A DNA stretch of 64,000 nucleotides from the IMG/VR virus record IMGVR_UViG_3300015360_000025; one strand, 5' to 3'. The translations under genes and the position numbers were made by a program. Positions 1 to 9,312 of the stretch are shown here, in pieces. The notes beneath the pieces are model-generated. The model searched no databases and had not been told where the DNA came from. It saw only the letters and a list, made by a program, of their open reading frames with translations. How positions within the stretch are numbered: the first letter of the stretch is position 1; each line of letters starts with the position of its first letter. This DNA is from a virus.

Positions 1-3
1 GAA

Positions 4-1035
4 ATGAGACAGATCATTTTGATCTCGTATACTTCTCTGAATGCGGGTGGTGGCGTTCCACGTTGGAACCGTGACTTTGTTGCAGGATTTCCTGGAACTA
101 AACACTATTCATGGGATGACATCCCGAAAGCTCCATTGGGCGTCCAGAACGAATGGGATGGAGCCTTTGCTCTCAACATGTGGTTGCATCTGACAAAGAA
201 GGTGTCAAAGGACGACATCATCATCTCTGATGGCTTTTGGGGAGAACGACTGAGCGACCTGGGTTACAACGTCATTTCGATCGCTCATGGCATCTGGAGC
301 CACCTGACCAAAGACGATGTAGACGCTGGGAAGGATCCTGAGTTTCCTTTCCACAATGCCGTCCAGGTAAAGCACCGTCATGATCATCTGGCCCGTGGTG
401 GGAAGATCGTCGCTGTCTCCAGGTTCATCCAGGAGCAGATGAAGCTCCAGTGGGGTTTTGAATCGAGTGTGATCAACAACGCCATCGATCTCGACAAGTG
501 GAAAAGGCCGGTAGCTCGGATGCCGAACTGGACAGACTCGCGTCTGGTCATCCACGGGGTCACGACTGCCAACAAGGGTTTCGATCACATCGAAGCTGTT
601 AAGAAGGCTCTACCAAACGACGACGTCTGGCTTCTGGATGAGGCTGCCGAAAAGCTCGAACTATCAAAGGTCGACGCCCTCGCTAATGCCGATCTTGTCG
701 TCCAACCATCTGCGTACGAGGGCAACAGCTATTTTGTACTAGAGACTATGGCATGCGACGTCCCTATCGTAGCATACAACGTTGGTCTTCTTCACTCTAT
801 CTCAGTGATAGCAAAGGAGAATGGAATCGAAGCGTGTGTTGGGGCGATCATTGACAGGAAGTATCGTCGACCAGAAGAAACGGCAAAAGTTGCTAGCTTT
901 ATCCTGGACTCCGTCTGTCGTGATCGGAGTACGTATAACCCGAGGCAGGTATCCGAGCTGTTCTCGGTGAAAAGATTCCACGAGCAGTGGCGAGAGTACC
1001 TGGAGGACTATGAGCGTAATATTACGAGTCGATGA
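4..1035 (+). CDS. Glycosyltransferase, GT-B fold (GT4-like)
   Basis: N-terminal GGV motif (NAGGGVPRW), VAVSRF, INNAIDL, and C-terminal PSAYEGNSYFVLETMACDVP with the EX7E motif of retaining GT4 enzymes. Confidence 0.85.
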   Translation: MRQIILISYTSLNAGGGVPRWNRDFVAGFPGTKHYSWDDIPKAPLGVQNEWDGAFALNMWLHLTKKVSKDDIIISDGFWGERLSDLGYNVISIAHGIWSHLTKDDVDAGKDPEFPFHNAVQVKHRHDHLARGGKIVAVSRFIQEQMKLQWGFESSVINNAIDLDKWKRPVARMPNWTDSRLVIHGVTTANKGFDHIEAVKKALPNDDVWLLDEAAEKLELSKVDALANADLVVQPSAYEGNSYFVLETMACDVPIVAYNVGLLHSISVIAKENGIEACVGAIIDRKYRRPEETAKVASFILDSVCRDRSTYNPRQVSELFSVKRFHEQWREYLEDYERNITSR

Positions 1036-1660
1036 CTTCCCAGGTACGAAGCCTGAAGAATTCTGGAAACACAATCTGGATAACTTCAAGCTGTTCGATG
1101 CGGTGTTGGAGAAGTACGTCGATGAATATGTCCTTGGTGTAATCCCGAAATACACGACAGAAGAGATGATTCGTTACCTGGAGCAGAATGACAAGATCAG
1201 GGTCGCCCTCCACGGTGTGGAACACAATGAACGGTTTCCCAATGAATTCAGACCGTGGGAGACCACCGAACAGATCTTCAACAAACTTGTATCTGCCAGA
1301 CAACCTTTCCAGAAGTGTAACGGCGCGCTCGATGTGGTTGACTACATCCCTCCGCACAACGTCATAGACATGAAGACAGTCGATGCTCTGAAGTTGGCTG
1401 GATTCAAGAGAATTTATGGAGGGCCCGGATCTGATGAACACGTAATCTGGCATGCCAAGGACGTGGGATTGAAGTTCGACTACAGCCAGTGGCCGTACTG
1501 GTATGGACGTTCAGATGAACTACTGAACCGAGACAAGGCTCATCTCATGATCAACAGCAATCCTGATCGTGTCGTGACATTGCATTGGCCGTGGGAATGG
1601 AACATCGGACTTGATAACCTCGAAAGGTTCCTCGAGGAGATCAAGGGAGTACTACGTTGA
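1010..1660 (+). CDS. Polysaccharide deacetylase-like (CE4/NodB, DUF2334-like)
   Basis: LRVDDFP (DD motif 1), VALHGVEH (HxxxH metal motif), YIPPHN, TLHW. Confidence 0.75.
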   Translation: MSVILRVDDFPGTKPEEFWKHNLDNFKLFDAVLEKYVDEYVLGVIPKYTTEEMIRYLEQNDKIRVALHGVEHNERFPNEFRPWETTEQIFNKLVSARQPFQKCNGALDVVDYIPPHNVIDMKTVDALKLAGFKRIYGGPGSDEHVIWHAKDVGLKFDYSQWPYWYGRSDELLNRDKAHLMINSNPDRVVTLHWPWEWNIGLDNLERFLEEIKGVLR

Positions 1661-2694
1661 AAAAAACTCTCTTCATAGATGCCAGAAAGGGCGGAGACTT
1701 CACTCTGGACGCGGTCTGGGCTGGGTTGGTAGATCGCAATGGCTTTGAGAACATGATAGACTGGCCACCCTCCGAGAAGCACAGAGAGGGTATCCCGACG
1801 GTGACTGGAGATGTAGAACGCGATTACGGTGCAGAGCGGAGGTCCCTGTGCTACACGTCAGACCACGGACGGCTCCGCAACTACGATGCTCCGCAGATCA
1901 ACGAACTCATCAAGTCTGGACAGATTGAGAGGATCTTCATCGATGAACGAGAAGAATCGTACGTCCTCTACCTCCAACTGGTAGCCCGCTACTACGACAT
2001 CCCGGTCGTGGTTGTGGCCGGTCACGATCGATTCTTGAACACTATCCCGCAGCTTCACAAGTACTATGACAAGAACCTAGAGAAGATTTTTATGGACAAT
2101 TGGCGTCCCGAATACAATTCGTCTTCTGGTGTTTGCCCGATGTCATATGCCACAAATTTTGATCATCTATGGGATGTGTCAGAGAGGGATTCACTGCTGA
2201 ATGATAAGGTGTACGACATCTGCTTCACGGGTTATAATAGCCACGGAGATAGAGGGAAGATCATCGACCACCTTGTCGAGAAGTACGGGGAGAAGGGTAA
2301 CTGCCTCTTCGTAGAGAAGAGACCCAACACGATGGAATGTTTCTTACCAAAGCGGGAGTACTTCAAGAAGATCGCCAAGTCCAGAGTCTGTCTCAATCTC
2401 AGGGGCGCGGCCGAGTGTGGGAAGGCCCTGAGGTTCTATGAGATTCCCTATGTTGGTTCGTACATGCTCTCCCAGAGGGACCAGGCAAACCAAGTCATGC
2501 CTTTCATCTCTCGTATCCACTGCGACTACTTCACGAACATCGAAGAGATGGACGCGATGATCAAATGGGCCTTGGATAATCCAGTCGAACGGGAAGAGAT
2601 CGCACGTTGGGGTTATAGGTACGCGATGGAACACCACACTGCCCGGGCTCGTGTCGATCACATGTACTACAACCTTCGGAATGACTGGGACTGA
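1657..2694 (+). CDS. Glycosyltransferase, CgeB/Glyco_trans_1_2-like
   Basis: C-terminal YDICFTG...YFKKIAKSRVCLN...ALRFYEIPYVGSYMLS...REEIARWGYRYAMEHHTARARV matches the CgeB-like GT tail. Confidence 0.75.
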   Translation: MKKTLFIDARKGGDFTLDAVWAGLVDRNGFENMIDWPPSEKHREGIPTVTGDVERDYGAERRSLCYTSDHGRLRNYDAPQINELIKSGQIERIFIDEREESYVLYLQLVARYYDIPVVVVAGHDRFLNTIPQLHKYYDKNLEKIFMDNWRPEYNSSSGVCPMSYATNFDHLWDVSERDSLLNDKVYDICFTGYNSHGDRGKIIDHLVEKYGEKGNCLFVEKRPNTMECFLPKREYFKKIAKSRVCLNLRGAAECGKALRFYEIPYVGSYMLSQRDQANQVMPFISRIHCDYFTNIEEMDAMIKWALDNPVEREEIARWGYRYAMEHHTARARVDHMYYNLRNDWD

Positions 2695-2695
2695 A

Positions 2696-2965
2696 ATGAA
2701 GACTGTACATGTCATCGGCAACAGCCATGCGTGGTACTTTGCGGGAGCAGAGGTCGGAGTAGACGTCGAAGAAATTCTCCAGAAAGACGATCCTCGACGA
2801 CATCCGTTGATGATGTCTCTGGGAAGTGAGATAGTCGACGCTCGTGGATTTATCAAAGAAGAGTACCAGAAATATCCTGGATCACGTGTTGATGTTCACG
2901 CGGCTCCTGCTAAGGTACAATTAATCGTTCTTGAAAAACTAAAGGTGATACTTGGACAAAGCTGA
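2696..2965 (+). CDS. Short SGNH/GDSL-hydrolase-like ORF, possibly internally deleted
   Basis: ATG at 2696 directly after the upstream stop. VHVIGNSHA resembles SGNH block I and VDVH resembles block V, but the protein is only about 89 aa. Confidence 0.4.
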   Translation: MKTVHVIGNSHAWYFAGAEVGVDVEEILQKDDPRRHPLMMSLGSEIVDARGFIKEEYQKYPGSRVDVHAAPAKVQLIVLEKLKVILGQS

Positions 2966-3755
2966 TCTCTACAACCAGATGGCTGATCGGAAGTTCAAAC
3001 CGAAGGATCTCGAGCCATACGCTGGCGACAACGGTCGAGTGAACAAGGCTTTTGCTCTCTATAAGAGCGGAAAGTTGAAGTCAGGTGGAACGCATGTAGA
3101 CGTCGGAGGAGGGATAGGAGATCTTGGCTTTGCACTCCGTCAGGAGAGGCTCTTCGAGAAGACGCTCACTGTAGATATATCTGCCAAAAATCTACAGGCT
3201 GCCAGTAAGAAGGGAAACTTCGTGATGCTGGCAGACGTGGATAAAAGTGGATTTTCGTCAAACGTGTCTGATCCCGACAACTTCGGTGGTCCACCAGAAT
3301 GGACGAACGACAGCTTTGGGATGAACAGTAACAATCGGATTGATGCGATTTCTGCCCTGGACTTCATCGAACACATCATCGATCCAGGATCTTTCGCATA
3401 TCACTGTGCGTATATGCTCAAATCTGGAGGAGAGGTATTCATCAACACTCCAAACATCCAGTATTGGCGGCACATCGAAAAGTTGATATTCGATGGTCGG
3501 TTTCCTCATACATCTGGAGATCGTGAGGTATACCACGGTGGTCACCTCGCCTTCTTTACGTATCTCGATCTTTGCGAGATCTTCGGTAATGCGGGATTTG
3601 AAAAGTTCGAACAGATCAAGGACGTGGAAGGATACTGCAATCCGTCATCACTTTTCATCGGAAACATTCTGAAACCACAGAATCAACAGCAGTATACAGA
3701 GATGTGCATGAGGATGGGAAACCCAAACTTACTCTTTAAGGCGACCAAGCCTTGA
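2952..3755 (+). CDS. Class I SAM-dependent methyltransferase
   Basis: HVDVGGGIG motif I, LTVDIS, ISALDFIEHI, LKSGGEVFINTPN. Confidence 0.85.
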   Translation: MDKADLYNQMADRKFKPKDLEPYAGDNGRVNKAFALYKSGKLKSGGTHVDVGGGIGDLGFALRQERLFEKTLTVDISAKNLQAASKKGNFVMLADVDKSGFSSNVSDPDNFGGPPEWTNDSFGMNSNNRIDAISALDFIEHIIDPGSFAYHCAYMLKSGGEVFINTPNIQYWRHIEKLIFDGRFPHTSGDREVYHGGHLAFFTYLDLCEIFGNAGFEKFEQIKDVEGYCNPSSLFIGNILKPQNQQQYTEMCMRMGNPNLLFKATKP

Positions 3756-3880
3756 GTTGGCCAAAAGGTAAATCGTGGAATGAGGCTCGTCGAAAAGCTT
3801 TCGTATACCGTCCTCTTGGAAATCACACGGTACAGACAGCTTCGAGACTTCTCTCTTATCTCTCCGAGAGTTCGAAATGA
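3752..3880 (+). pseudogene. Bridging mini-ORF, NUMOD3-like homing endonuclease remnant (42 aa)
   Basis: Hand translation MSWPKGKSWNEARRKAF...SESSK*. TTG start overlaps the upstream TGA and its TGA overlaps the downstream ATG. Confidence 0.5.
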
Positions 3881-4803
3881 GGATACTCTACGGACGTTGC
3901 TTTGGGATCGGAAATTGTGTGATGGCCGTACCCGCCATCAAGGCTCTCCAGTGGAAGCCAGACACGATCGTAGACATCCTCGTTGGGGACACGTCCGATG
4001 ACGTCGGAGCCATCCAAGTGTTGTCCAAGGTGGTACAAGGTCCTGGGAAACTTTGTGTGAACAGCGCCCTCGAGCATGACTACGACGTGGCTGTGATGGC
4101 CATTCCATTTGATGGTCGCTGGCTCAACGGCGTTCACTTTCGAGCCAAGGAAGTCATGGACGGTCGGACCCGACCAGATCCGAAGACGACTGGACTCGTC
4201 TCGTGGAATGATCACGAGTCTGAGTATCAGATGGAGAACGCTAGAAAGCTCGGTTACCTTGGATCGACCCCGTCGTCTCGTTTCCTCCCGTTCACCGGAG
4301 AGGCACTTCCGAATAGGATCTATATCGGAATGGGATACAAAAAAGATCAGTTGGGTTTCTGGAAGAGCAAACACTGGGGAAACGAGAACTACGCCGCACT
4401 CATCACCGGTCTTCTTAAGAACCTCCCTGAGGACTGGAAGATCGTGACGACAGGCGATGTAGGTGATCTCCAGCTTTCCATCGCCCCAGTGGCTCGGATG
4501 GTGAACGACAAGAGGTTTGAGTTCAAGCTTTCCGCCAATTTAGATGAAGCATTCCGAGTAGTCGCCTCCTGCGGGCTATACGTGGGGAACGACACCGGGA
4601 TGATGCATGTCGCCGCCTCCTGTGGGAGGAACGTCGTCGCAATGTTCTTTCTCGAGAACTCTATCGTGAAGAGTCGACCGCTTCTCTCCAGTCAATCAGA
4701 TCGCCCCCTTCAGGAATGCCTCGTACTTGACGGCACCATAGACCGTGCCAAGATTACTCCACAATACGTGCAGACGGCCGTCGAGGTGACACTCTGTGGT
4801 TGA
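3877..4803 (+). CDS. GT9-family glycosyltransferase (ADP-heptose:LPS heptosyltransferase-like)
   Basis: GIGNCVMAVPAIKAL (cf. xIGDxxxxxPxxxxL), SKHWGNENY (cf. KxWPxExF), LYVGNDTGMMHVAASCG (cf. GNDSGPMHLAAA). Confidence 0.85.
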   Translation: MRILYGRCFGIGNCVMAVPAIKALQWKPDTIVDILVGDTSDDVGAIQVLSKVVQGPGKLCVNSALEHDYDVAVMAIPFDGRWLNGVHFRAKEVMDGRTRPDPKTTGLVSWNDHESEYQMENARKLGYLGSTPSSRFLPFTGEALPNRIYIGMGYKKDQLGFWKSKHWGNENYAALITGLLKNLPEDWKIVTTGDVGDLQLSIAPVARMVNDKRFEFKLSANLDEAFRVVASCGLYVGNDTGMMHVAASCGRNVVAMFFLENSIVKSRPLLSSQSDRPLQECLVLDGTIDRAKITPQYVQTAVEVTLCG

Positions 4804-5437
4804 GAAAGAACTGATCAAGGCTTTCAAGTTGATGGCATTAAGAAACGACGTCTTGCAGGACACACACGGGAACCTGTCTGTTTTGGCCAGCGATCAGATC
4901 TACATCAAACCCAGCGGAGTCCCATACGATGAGATCGATATCTGGTCAATCTGCAGGTTCCAGCTTCTCGAGAATGGATCAACGGTCAGCTCCAAGAACA
5001 ATGGATACAAGCCTTCCGTCGATCTGATCCACCATGCTTCTATCTACAAGAACAACCCGCATATCAAGTCCATTTGCCACACACATTCACCGTATGCGGT
5101 CGCCCATGCGATCTGTGGCCTGCCGATTGATTGCCTTTGCACAGAGCACGCTGACTACTTTGGTTGGAGAGTTCCGTGCTTGAGTTACAAAGATCTCGAC
5201 AGTTGGGGATCTGATGTGCGAATACTCGACGGAGCTCGAGCCGTCTTGCTGGAACATCACGGTGCCCTCACGTTCTCAGATGAGCCTGTGAAAGCGGTCA
5301 ATCTTGCGATCCAGTTGGAGAACGTAGCGCGGAAGAATCATCTTGCGATGACTCTCTATCCGAAGCTTCGGATGATGGCATACAATGAATCTCAGAAGTG
5401 GCATGAGAGGTACAATAATGTCTACGGACAACGGTAG
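4796..5437 (+). CDS. Class II aldolase/epimerase, L-ribulose-5-phosphate 4-epimerase (AraD)-like
   Basis: GNLS, IKPSGVPY, PSVD, HTHSPYA and LEHHG Zn-binding histidines. Confidence 0.8.
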   Translation: MVEKELIKAFKLMALRNDVLQDTHGNLSVLASDQIYIKPSGVPYDEIDIWSICRFQLLENGSTVSSKNNGYKPSVDLIHHASIYKNNPHIKSICHTHSPYAVAHAICGLPIDCLCTEHADYFGWRVPCLSYKDLDSWGSDVRILDGARAVLLEHHGALTFSDEPVKAVNLAIQLENVARKNHLAMTLYPKLRMMAYNESQKWHERYNNVYGQR

Positions 5438-5870
5438 GAAGATTTTAATCTCGTCTGATCACAACGGGAATGCCGCCCGTGCGTACATTATCAAGTTCCT
5501 TAGGGCTGACGGTTACGATGTCCAGGATCTTGGCCCGAACTACGATCAGAAGGTCGATTACCCAGAAATGGCTGCCGACCTTTGCCACGCGCTGGAGAAG
5601 ATTTACGGTGCGCGGGGCATCCTTCTATGCGGTACGGGCACTGGGATGTTGATCGCAGCCAATCGGTTTCCGCATATCCGCGCAGGATTGGCGACTGACC
5701 GAGCGACCGCCGAACTGATGCGCCAACACAACGATTGCAACGTTTTAGTTCTTGGACAGTGGCGCACCCCGTTGGGGCAGATGGACGAACTCATCAGGAC
5801 ATTCTTGACCACGCCGTTTGAAGAAGGTCGTCACATCGATCGGGTCGAATCTCTCGGTAGACTTCCATGA
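5418..5870 (+). CDS. rpiB: Ribose-5-phosphate isomerase B (RpiB/LacAB family)
   Basis: SDHNG, DYP, LCGTGTG with catalytic Cys, ANRFPHIRA, RQHNDCNVLVLG, FEEGRHIDR. Start trimmed to the ATG at 5418. Confidence 0.9.
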   Translation: MSTDNGRKILISSDHNGNAARAYIIKFLRADGYDVQDLGPNYDQKVDYPEMAADLCHALEKIYGARGILLCGTGTGMLIAANRFPHIRAGLATDRATAELMRQHNDCNVLVLGQWRTPLGQMDELIRTFLTTPFEEGRHIDRVESLGRLP

Positions 5871-6808
5871 ATGTATTGGTCATCGGGGACGTCGTCATCG
5901 ATCGGTACACACACGGCAATCGTCGGGGGATTTCCGCAGAGACCCCAACGATCGTAGCCAACTTCATCAAGGAAGACGTCTTCGTTGGTGGAGCTGGGTT
6001 GGTTACGCGGAACCTTCTACGTCTGGGAAACACGGTGACCCTCCTCACTGTTGGAAACTGCGAAGAACTCCATCCACTCATGTTGAGGTCAGCCGATCCT
6101 ATTGATAGATTCGAATCCGCAAGATTGAGTGTCATTATGACAAATAAGAACGGGTGGAAGGTTTCCGAAAAACATCGGTACTATGTCGAGCAGTACAAGC
6201 TTCTGCAATACGATCTGATCAATCCTGGAAAGTGGACTCCACATGAAGAGGACCGTTACGCCGAACAAATCATGTACCAACTTGTAGCTTTGAGTTACGA
6301 TGCGGTTGTGATATGCGACAATAGACACGGCGTGATGATCGAACATTTCGCCAGCAAAATCATCGAACGTTGCCATGTCCAGAACAAACCGGTGTACGTA
6401 GACTCCCAGGTCTCTCAGGCAGAATCAAACCATCACTGGTACAAGGGTGCCAGTTTTATCTTCATGAATGAGATAGAAGCCGATTGCGCGGCGAAGAAGA
6501 TTAAGAAACTCAAGAAGGGTGATGCCCAGCTCAACCAGCTGTCGAAGTTTCTCAAGGCAAGCATCGTTTACAAAAGAGGGGAACGTGGGGCCATCACTGT
6601 CTGCCAAGACGGGAAGACGATCGTGTCAGAAGGTTTTGAAGTAAACGCTGTCGATACGTGCGGTGCTGGTGACGCTTTCCTCGCAGCTTTCGTTCATCAC
6701 GGGAACGACCTGGAAGCTGCGAACCGGTGGGCTGCGTTGTCAACTACTTATAAGGGGACCATCGTCCCTAGGACTGAAGACTTGCATCTTCGAAAGGTGA
6801 CGCGATGA
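5867..6808 (+). CDS. PfkB-family sugar-phosphate kinase, HldE/RfaE domain I-like (copy 1)
   Basis: VLVIGDVVIDRY, ISAETP, GGAGLVTRNL, VDTCGAGDAF anion-hole motif. Confidence 0.85.
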   Translation: MNVLVIGDVVIDRYTHGNRRGISAETPTIVANFIKEDVFVGGAGLVTRNLLRLGNTVTLLTVGNCEELHPLMLRSADPIDRFESARLSVIMTNKNGWKVSEKHRYYVEQYKLLQYDLINPGKWTPHEEDRYAEQIMYQLVALSYDAVVICDNRHGVMIEHFASKIIERCHVQNKPVYVDSQVSQAESNHHWYKGASFIFMNEIEADCAAKKIKKLKKGDAQLNQLSKFLKASIVYKRGERGAITVCQDGKTIVSEGFEVNAVDTCGAGDAFLAAFVHHGNDLEAANRWAALSTTYKGTIVPRTEDLHLRKVTR

Positions 6809-7476
6809 AATTGTTACTTGACACGGCAAACATCGATCAGATCCGTCTGTTCATGCAGAGCACTATGCTGGCTGGGGTGACCACCAATCCGTCCCTCATG
6901 GCGAAGGAATCTAAGGGAGATTACGTAGAGAAACTCAAGACGATCGCTGAAGCTGTCCAAAATCAGTTGAGCGCCAGGCACCTAAGCGTTGAGGTGACTA
7001 CACTTGATCCGAATGTGATGATCGTGGAAGCCCAAACTCTCAATGATGCTCTCGGAAGAAATGGAGTTGATGTTCACATCAAGATTCCAGTGATGATGGA
7101 GACCATGAGAGTGATATCCACGCTCAGGCGAAAAGACGTTAAGGTAAATGCCACCGCTTGTATGACCGCATTCCAAGCCAAAATGGCGATGGACGCTGGA
7201 GCAAATATCGTCTCGTTCTTTTATAACAGGATCAAGGATGAAAATGAGAGTCCAGATAGTGTGCTTACGCTCTTCAATCAGATTAGAGTCAATCTAGAAC
7301 AGACGAAGATAATTTGCGGTAGCATAAGAGAACCAGACGATGTTCGGCGCTGTTTTCTTCAGGGAGCTGATTATGTAACCGTCAGCCCAGCCATTCTACA
7401 GAAGATGATCGAGCATCCTCAGACTACCAAAGCTATCGCCCAATTCCAGAAGGATATCGACTCATGGCTCAGTTAA
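6805..7476 (+). CDS. tal: Transaldolase (TalC/FSA-type, short form)
   Basis: LLLDTAN, GVTTNPSL, IKIP Schiff-base Lys, VNAT, GSIR. Glu in SVEV and Phe in SFFYNR are the transaldolase rather than FSA signature. Confidence 0.9.
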   Translation: MKLLLDTANIDQIRLFMQSTMLAGVTTNPSLMAKESKGDYVEKLKTIAEAVQNQLSARHLSVEVTTLDPNVMIVEAQTLNDALGRNGVDVHIKIPVMMETMRVISTLRRKDVKVNATACMTAFQAKMAMDAGANIVSFFYNRIKDENESPDSVLTLFNQIRVNLEQTKIICGSIREPDDVRRCFLQGADYVTVSPAILQKMIEHPQTTKAIAQFQKDIDSWLS

Positions 7477-7835
7477 CTAAGATTCCAATGGGTGGGCAGT
7501 TTCGTATGCTCCGAGGATGGGGGTATGAAACGTGGATTGAGAATCTCCCAGAGTACTGTGGAAAGATTCTGCATGTCTACAAGGGACTGCGCGGGTCCCT
7601 ACACTTTCATATGAATAAGATGGAAACTATGTACCTCCAGTCTGGAAAGGTTCAGCTTCGTTTTGTAGACCCGGAGAAGGGTACCGACTATACGATCGAC
7701 CTGAATCCTGGTGATTCGATTCTGATACCACGCGGGCAGGTTCATCAGATCATTGGAATTGAAGAGAGTGATCTCTTTGAGTTTAGCACCGTGCATGAAG
7801 AGTCAGACTCTCATCGAGTTCAGAAGGGGGACTGA
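7464..7835 (+). CDS. Cupin, sugar isomerase/epimerase-like (mannose-6-P isomerase / D-lyxose isomerase-like)
   Basis: GWGYETWI, SLHFHMNKMET cupin motif 1, GDSILIPRGQVHQI motif 2. Confidence 0.75.
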   Translation: MAQLTKIPMGGQFRMLRGWGYETWIENLPEYCGKILHVYKGLRGSLHFHMNKMETMYLQSGKVQLRFVDPEKGTDYTIDLNPGDSILIPRGQVHQIIGIEESDLFEFSTVHEESDSHRVQKGD

Positions 7836-8722
7836 TGCGTTGGAACATTGTCGGGGCATTCATCCGGAATAATCCCTTTGGGACAGAGATCGCTTTTCGG
7901 AAGGGTCTCGAGAGGATCGGAGAGACTGTGACGGCGGTGGACCCAGGTTACCCCAACCAACAGTTTGATGAAGCTCCAGACGTCACCTTGGTGTTCAAGT
8001 GGGTGGACACGGGACCGTATCGCGATAAAATCGTCTCTCTACCTGGGAAAAAGGTCCTCTACCAGGTTGATGATCTCCGTTTTCCGCACATTAAACAGAT
8101 GATGCTCGAGATGAGATCGGTGTGTAACAATGCGCTGACTTTCGATCAAGATGGAGCAAACCTTGCTCTTGAGTACGGGTACGATTCGGGGCAACGTCTA
8201 TTGTTGACTGCCGATAATCTCCTTTACCGTCATATCACCGGAATGCAGAAGGATATCGATGTTAGTTTTGTTGGAAGTCTGTCGAATGGTCCGAATCATG
8301 CCAGCCGCATGAGGATGATTCAACTTGTTAAGGGAATCCCTGGCCTGCGAGTAGTGATCGCCAGCGAGCTCTTCGACATCGGAAAACTCTGTGAGATCTA
8401 CAATCGTTCCAAGGTTGTCCTGAATCACGCGACAGATGTTGGTCAACCTTTCGGTCATGGGTTTGGGTATCAGTGTCGACACTTCGAAGCCGGGTTCACC
8501 AAGACTTGCATCCTTTCGAACAAGATTGACAACGACGAGACATTGGGATTCATACCGTTCTTTTCGAATGAGTTGGAGCTCGTTGAACGTCTTAAGACAC
8601 TTCTTAACGAACAGAAGCGCAGGGAGTTATATGCACAGTTGACTTACGATCAGCTCTATAAATCACACCTTCCAGAACACCGCGCCAAAGAGATGATCGA
8701 GTTTGTACGGAGTGTCCGGTGA
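7835..8722 (+). CDS. Glycosyltransferase, CgeB/Glyco_trans_1_2-like
   Basis: DIDVSFVGS, IYNRSKVVLN, CRHFEAG, HLPEHRAKEM. Confidence 0.75.
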   Translation: MRWNIVGAFIRNNPFGTEIAFRKGLERIGETVTAVDPGYPNQQFDEAPDVTLVFKWVDTGPYRDKIVSLPGKKVLYQVDDLRFPHIKQMMLEMRSVCNNALTFDQDGANLALEYGYDSGQRLLLTADNLLYRHITGMQKDIDVSFVGSLSNGPNHASRMRMIQLVKGIPGLRVVIASELFDIGKLCEIYNRSKVVLNHATDVGQPFGHGFGYQCRHFEAGFTKTCILSNKIDNDETLGFIPFFSNELELVERLKTLLNEQKRRELYAQLTYDQLYKSHLPEHRAKEMIEFVRSVR

Positions 8723-9312
8723 AGATCAATCTTGGGTGCGGGCCCGATTTGAAAGATGGCCACGTGAACGTCGACTTCAGGGATCTTCCAGGAGTGACGA
8801 AAGTAGATCTCTCCATATTTCCGTGGCCATGGGCTGACGATTCCGCTGATCAGATCTTGATGTTGGATTTTCTGGAACACTTCCCGTACAGGAAGACGAC
8901 TACTATCCTTCGTGAGTGTTGGCGTGTCCTGAAGATGGGTGGGAACCTCGAAGTCCAGGTTCCAGACCTCGAACATTGCGCGCGCGCTGCAGCAATGACA
9001 GGACCATTCCTGTGTAACAGGTGTGGATGGCAGTATCCGATGCACGACCTTCGGGCAGACTTCTTCATCTGCAAGCAGTGTAAGCAACCGTGGACAGAGT
9101 GTGCCCAAGCTGCCATCCACCGTTTGTACGGTGGTCAGGACTACGAAGGAAATTGGCATCACACAGCCTTCACGACTCTCCAGCTGAACAGGTTGTTGCA
9201 GGGGCACGGGTTCGAAGACATCCGCGAGCTGGAGCACGAGCACCAGTACAAGAATTGGAATTTCAAGTTTTCTGCCACAAAGATGAAAGACCTGTGGGGT
9301 GATGAACCGTGA
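8719..9312 (+). CDS. SAM-dependent methyltransferase with a CxxC...CxxC insertion
   Basis: KINLGCG, HVNVD, DFLEHF, WRVLKMGG, inserted CNRC...CKQC, LYGGQ..GNWH. Confidence 0.8.
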   Translation: MKINLGCGPDLKDGHVNVDFRDLPGVTKVDLSIFPWPWADDSADQILMLDFLEHFPYRKTTTILRECWRVLKMGGNLEVQVPDLEHCARAAAMTGPFLCNRCGWQYPMHDLRADFFICKQCKQPWTECAQAAIHRLYGGQDYEGNWHHTAFTTLQLNRLLQGHGFEDIRELEHEHQYKNWNFKFSATKMKDLWGDEP

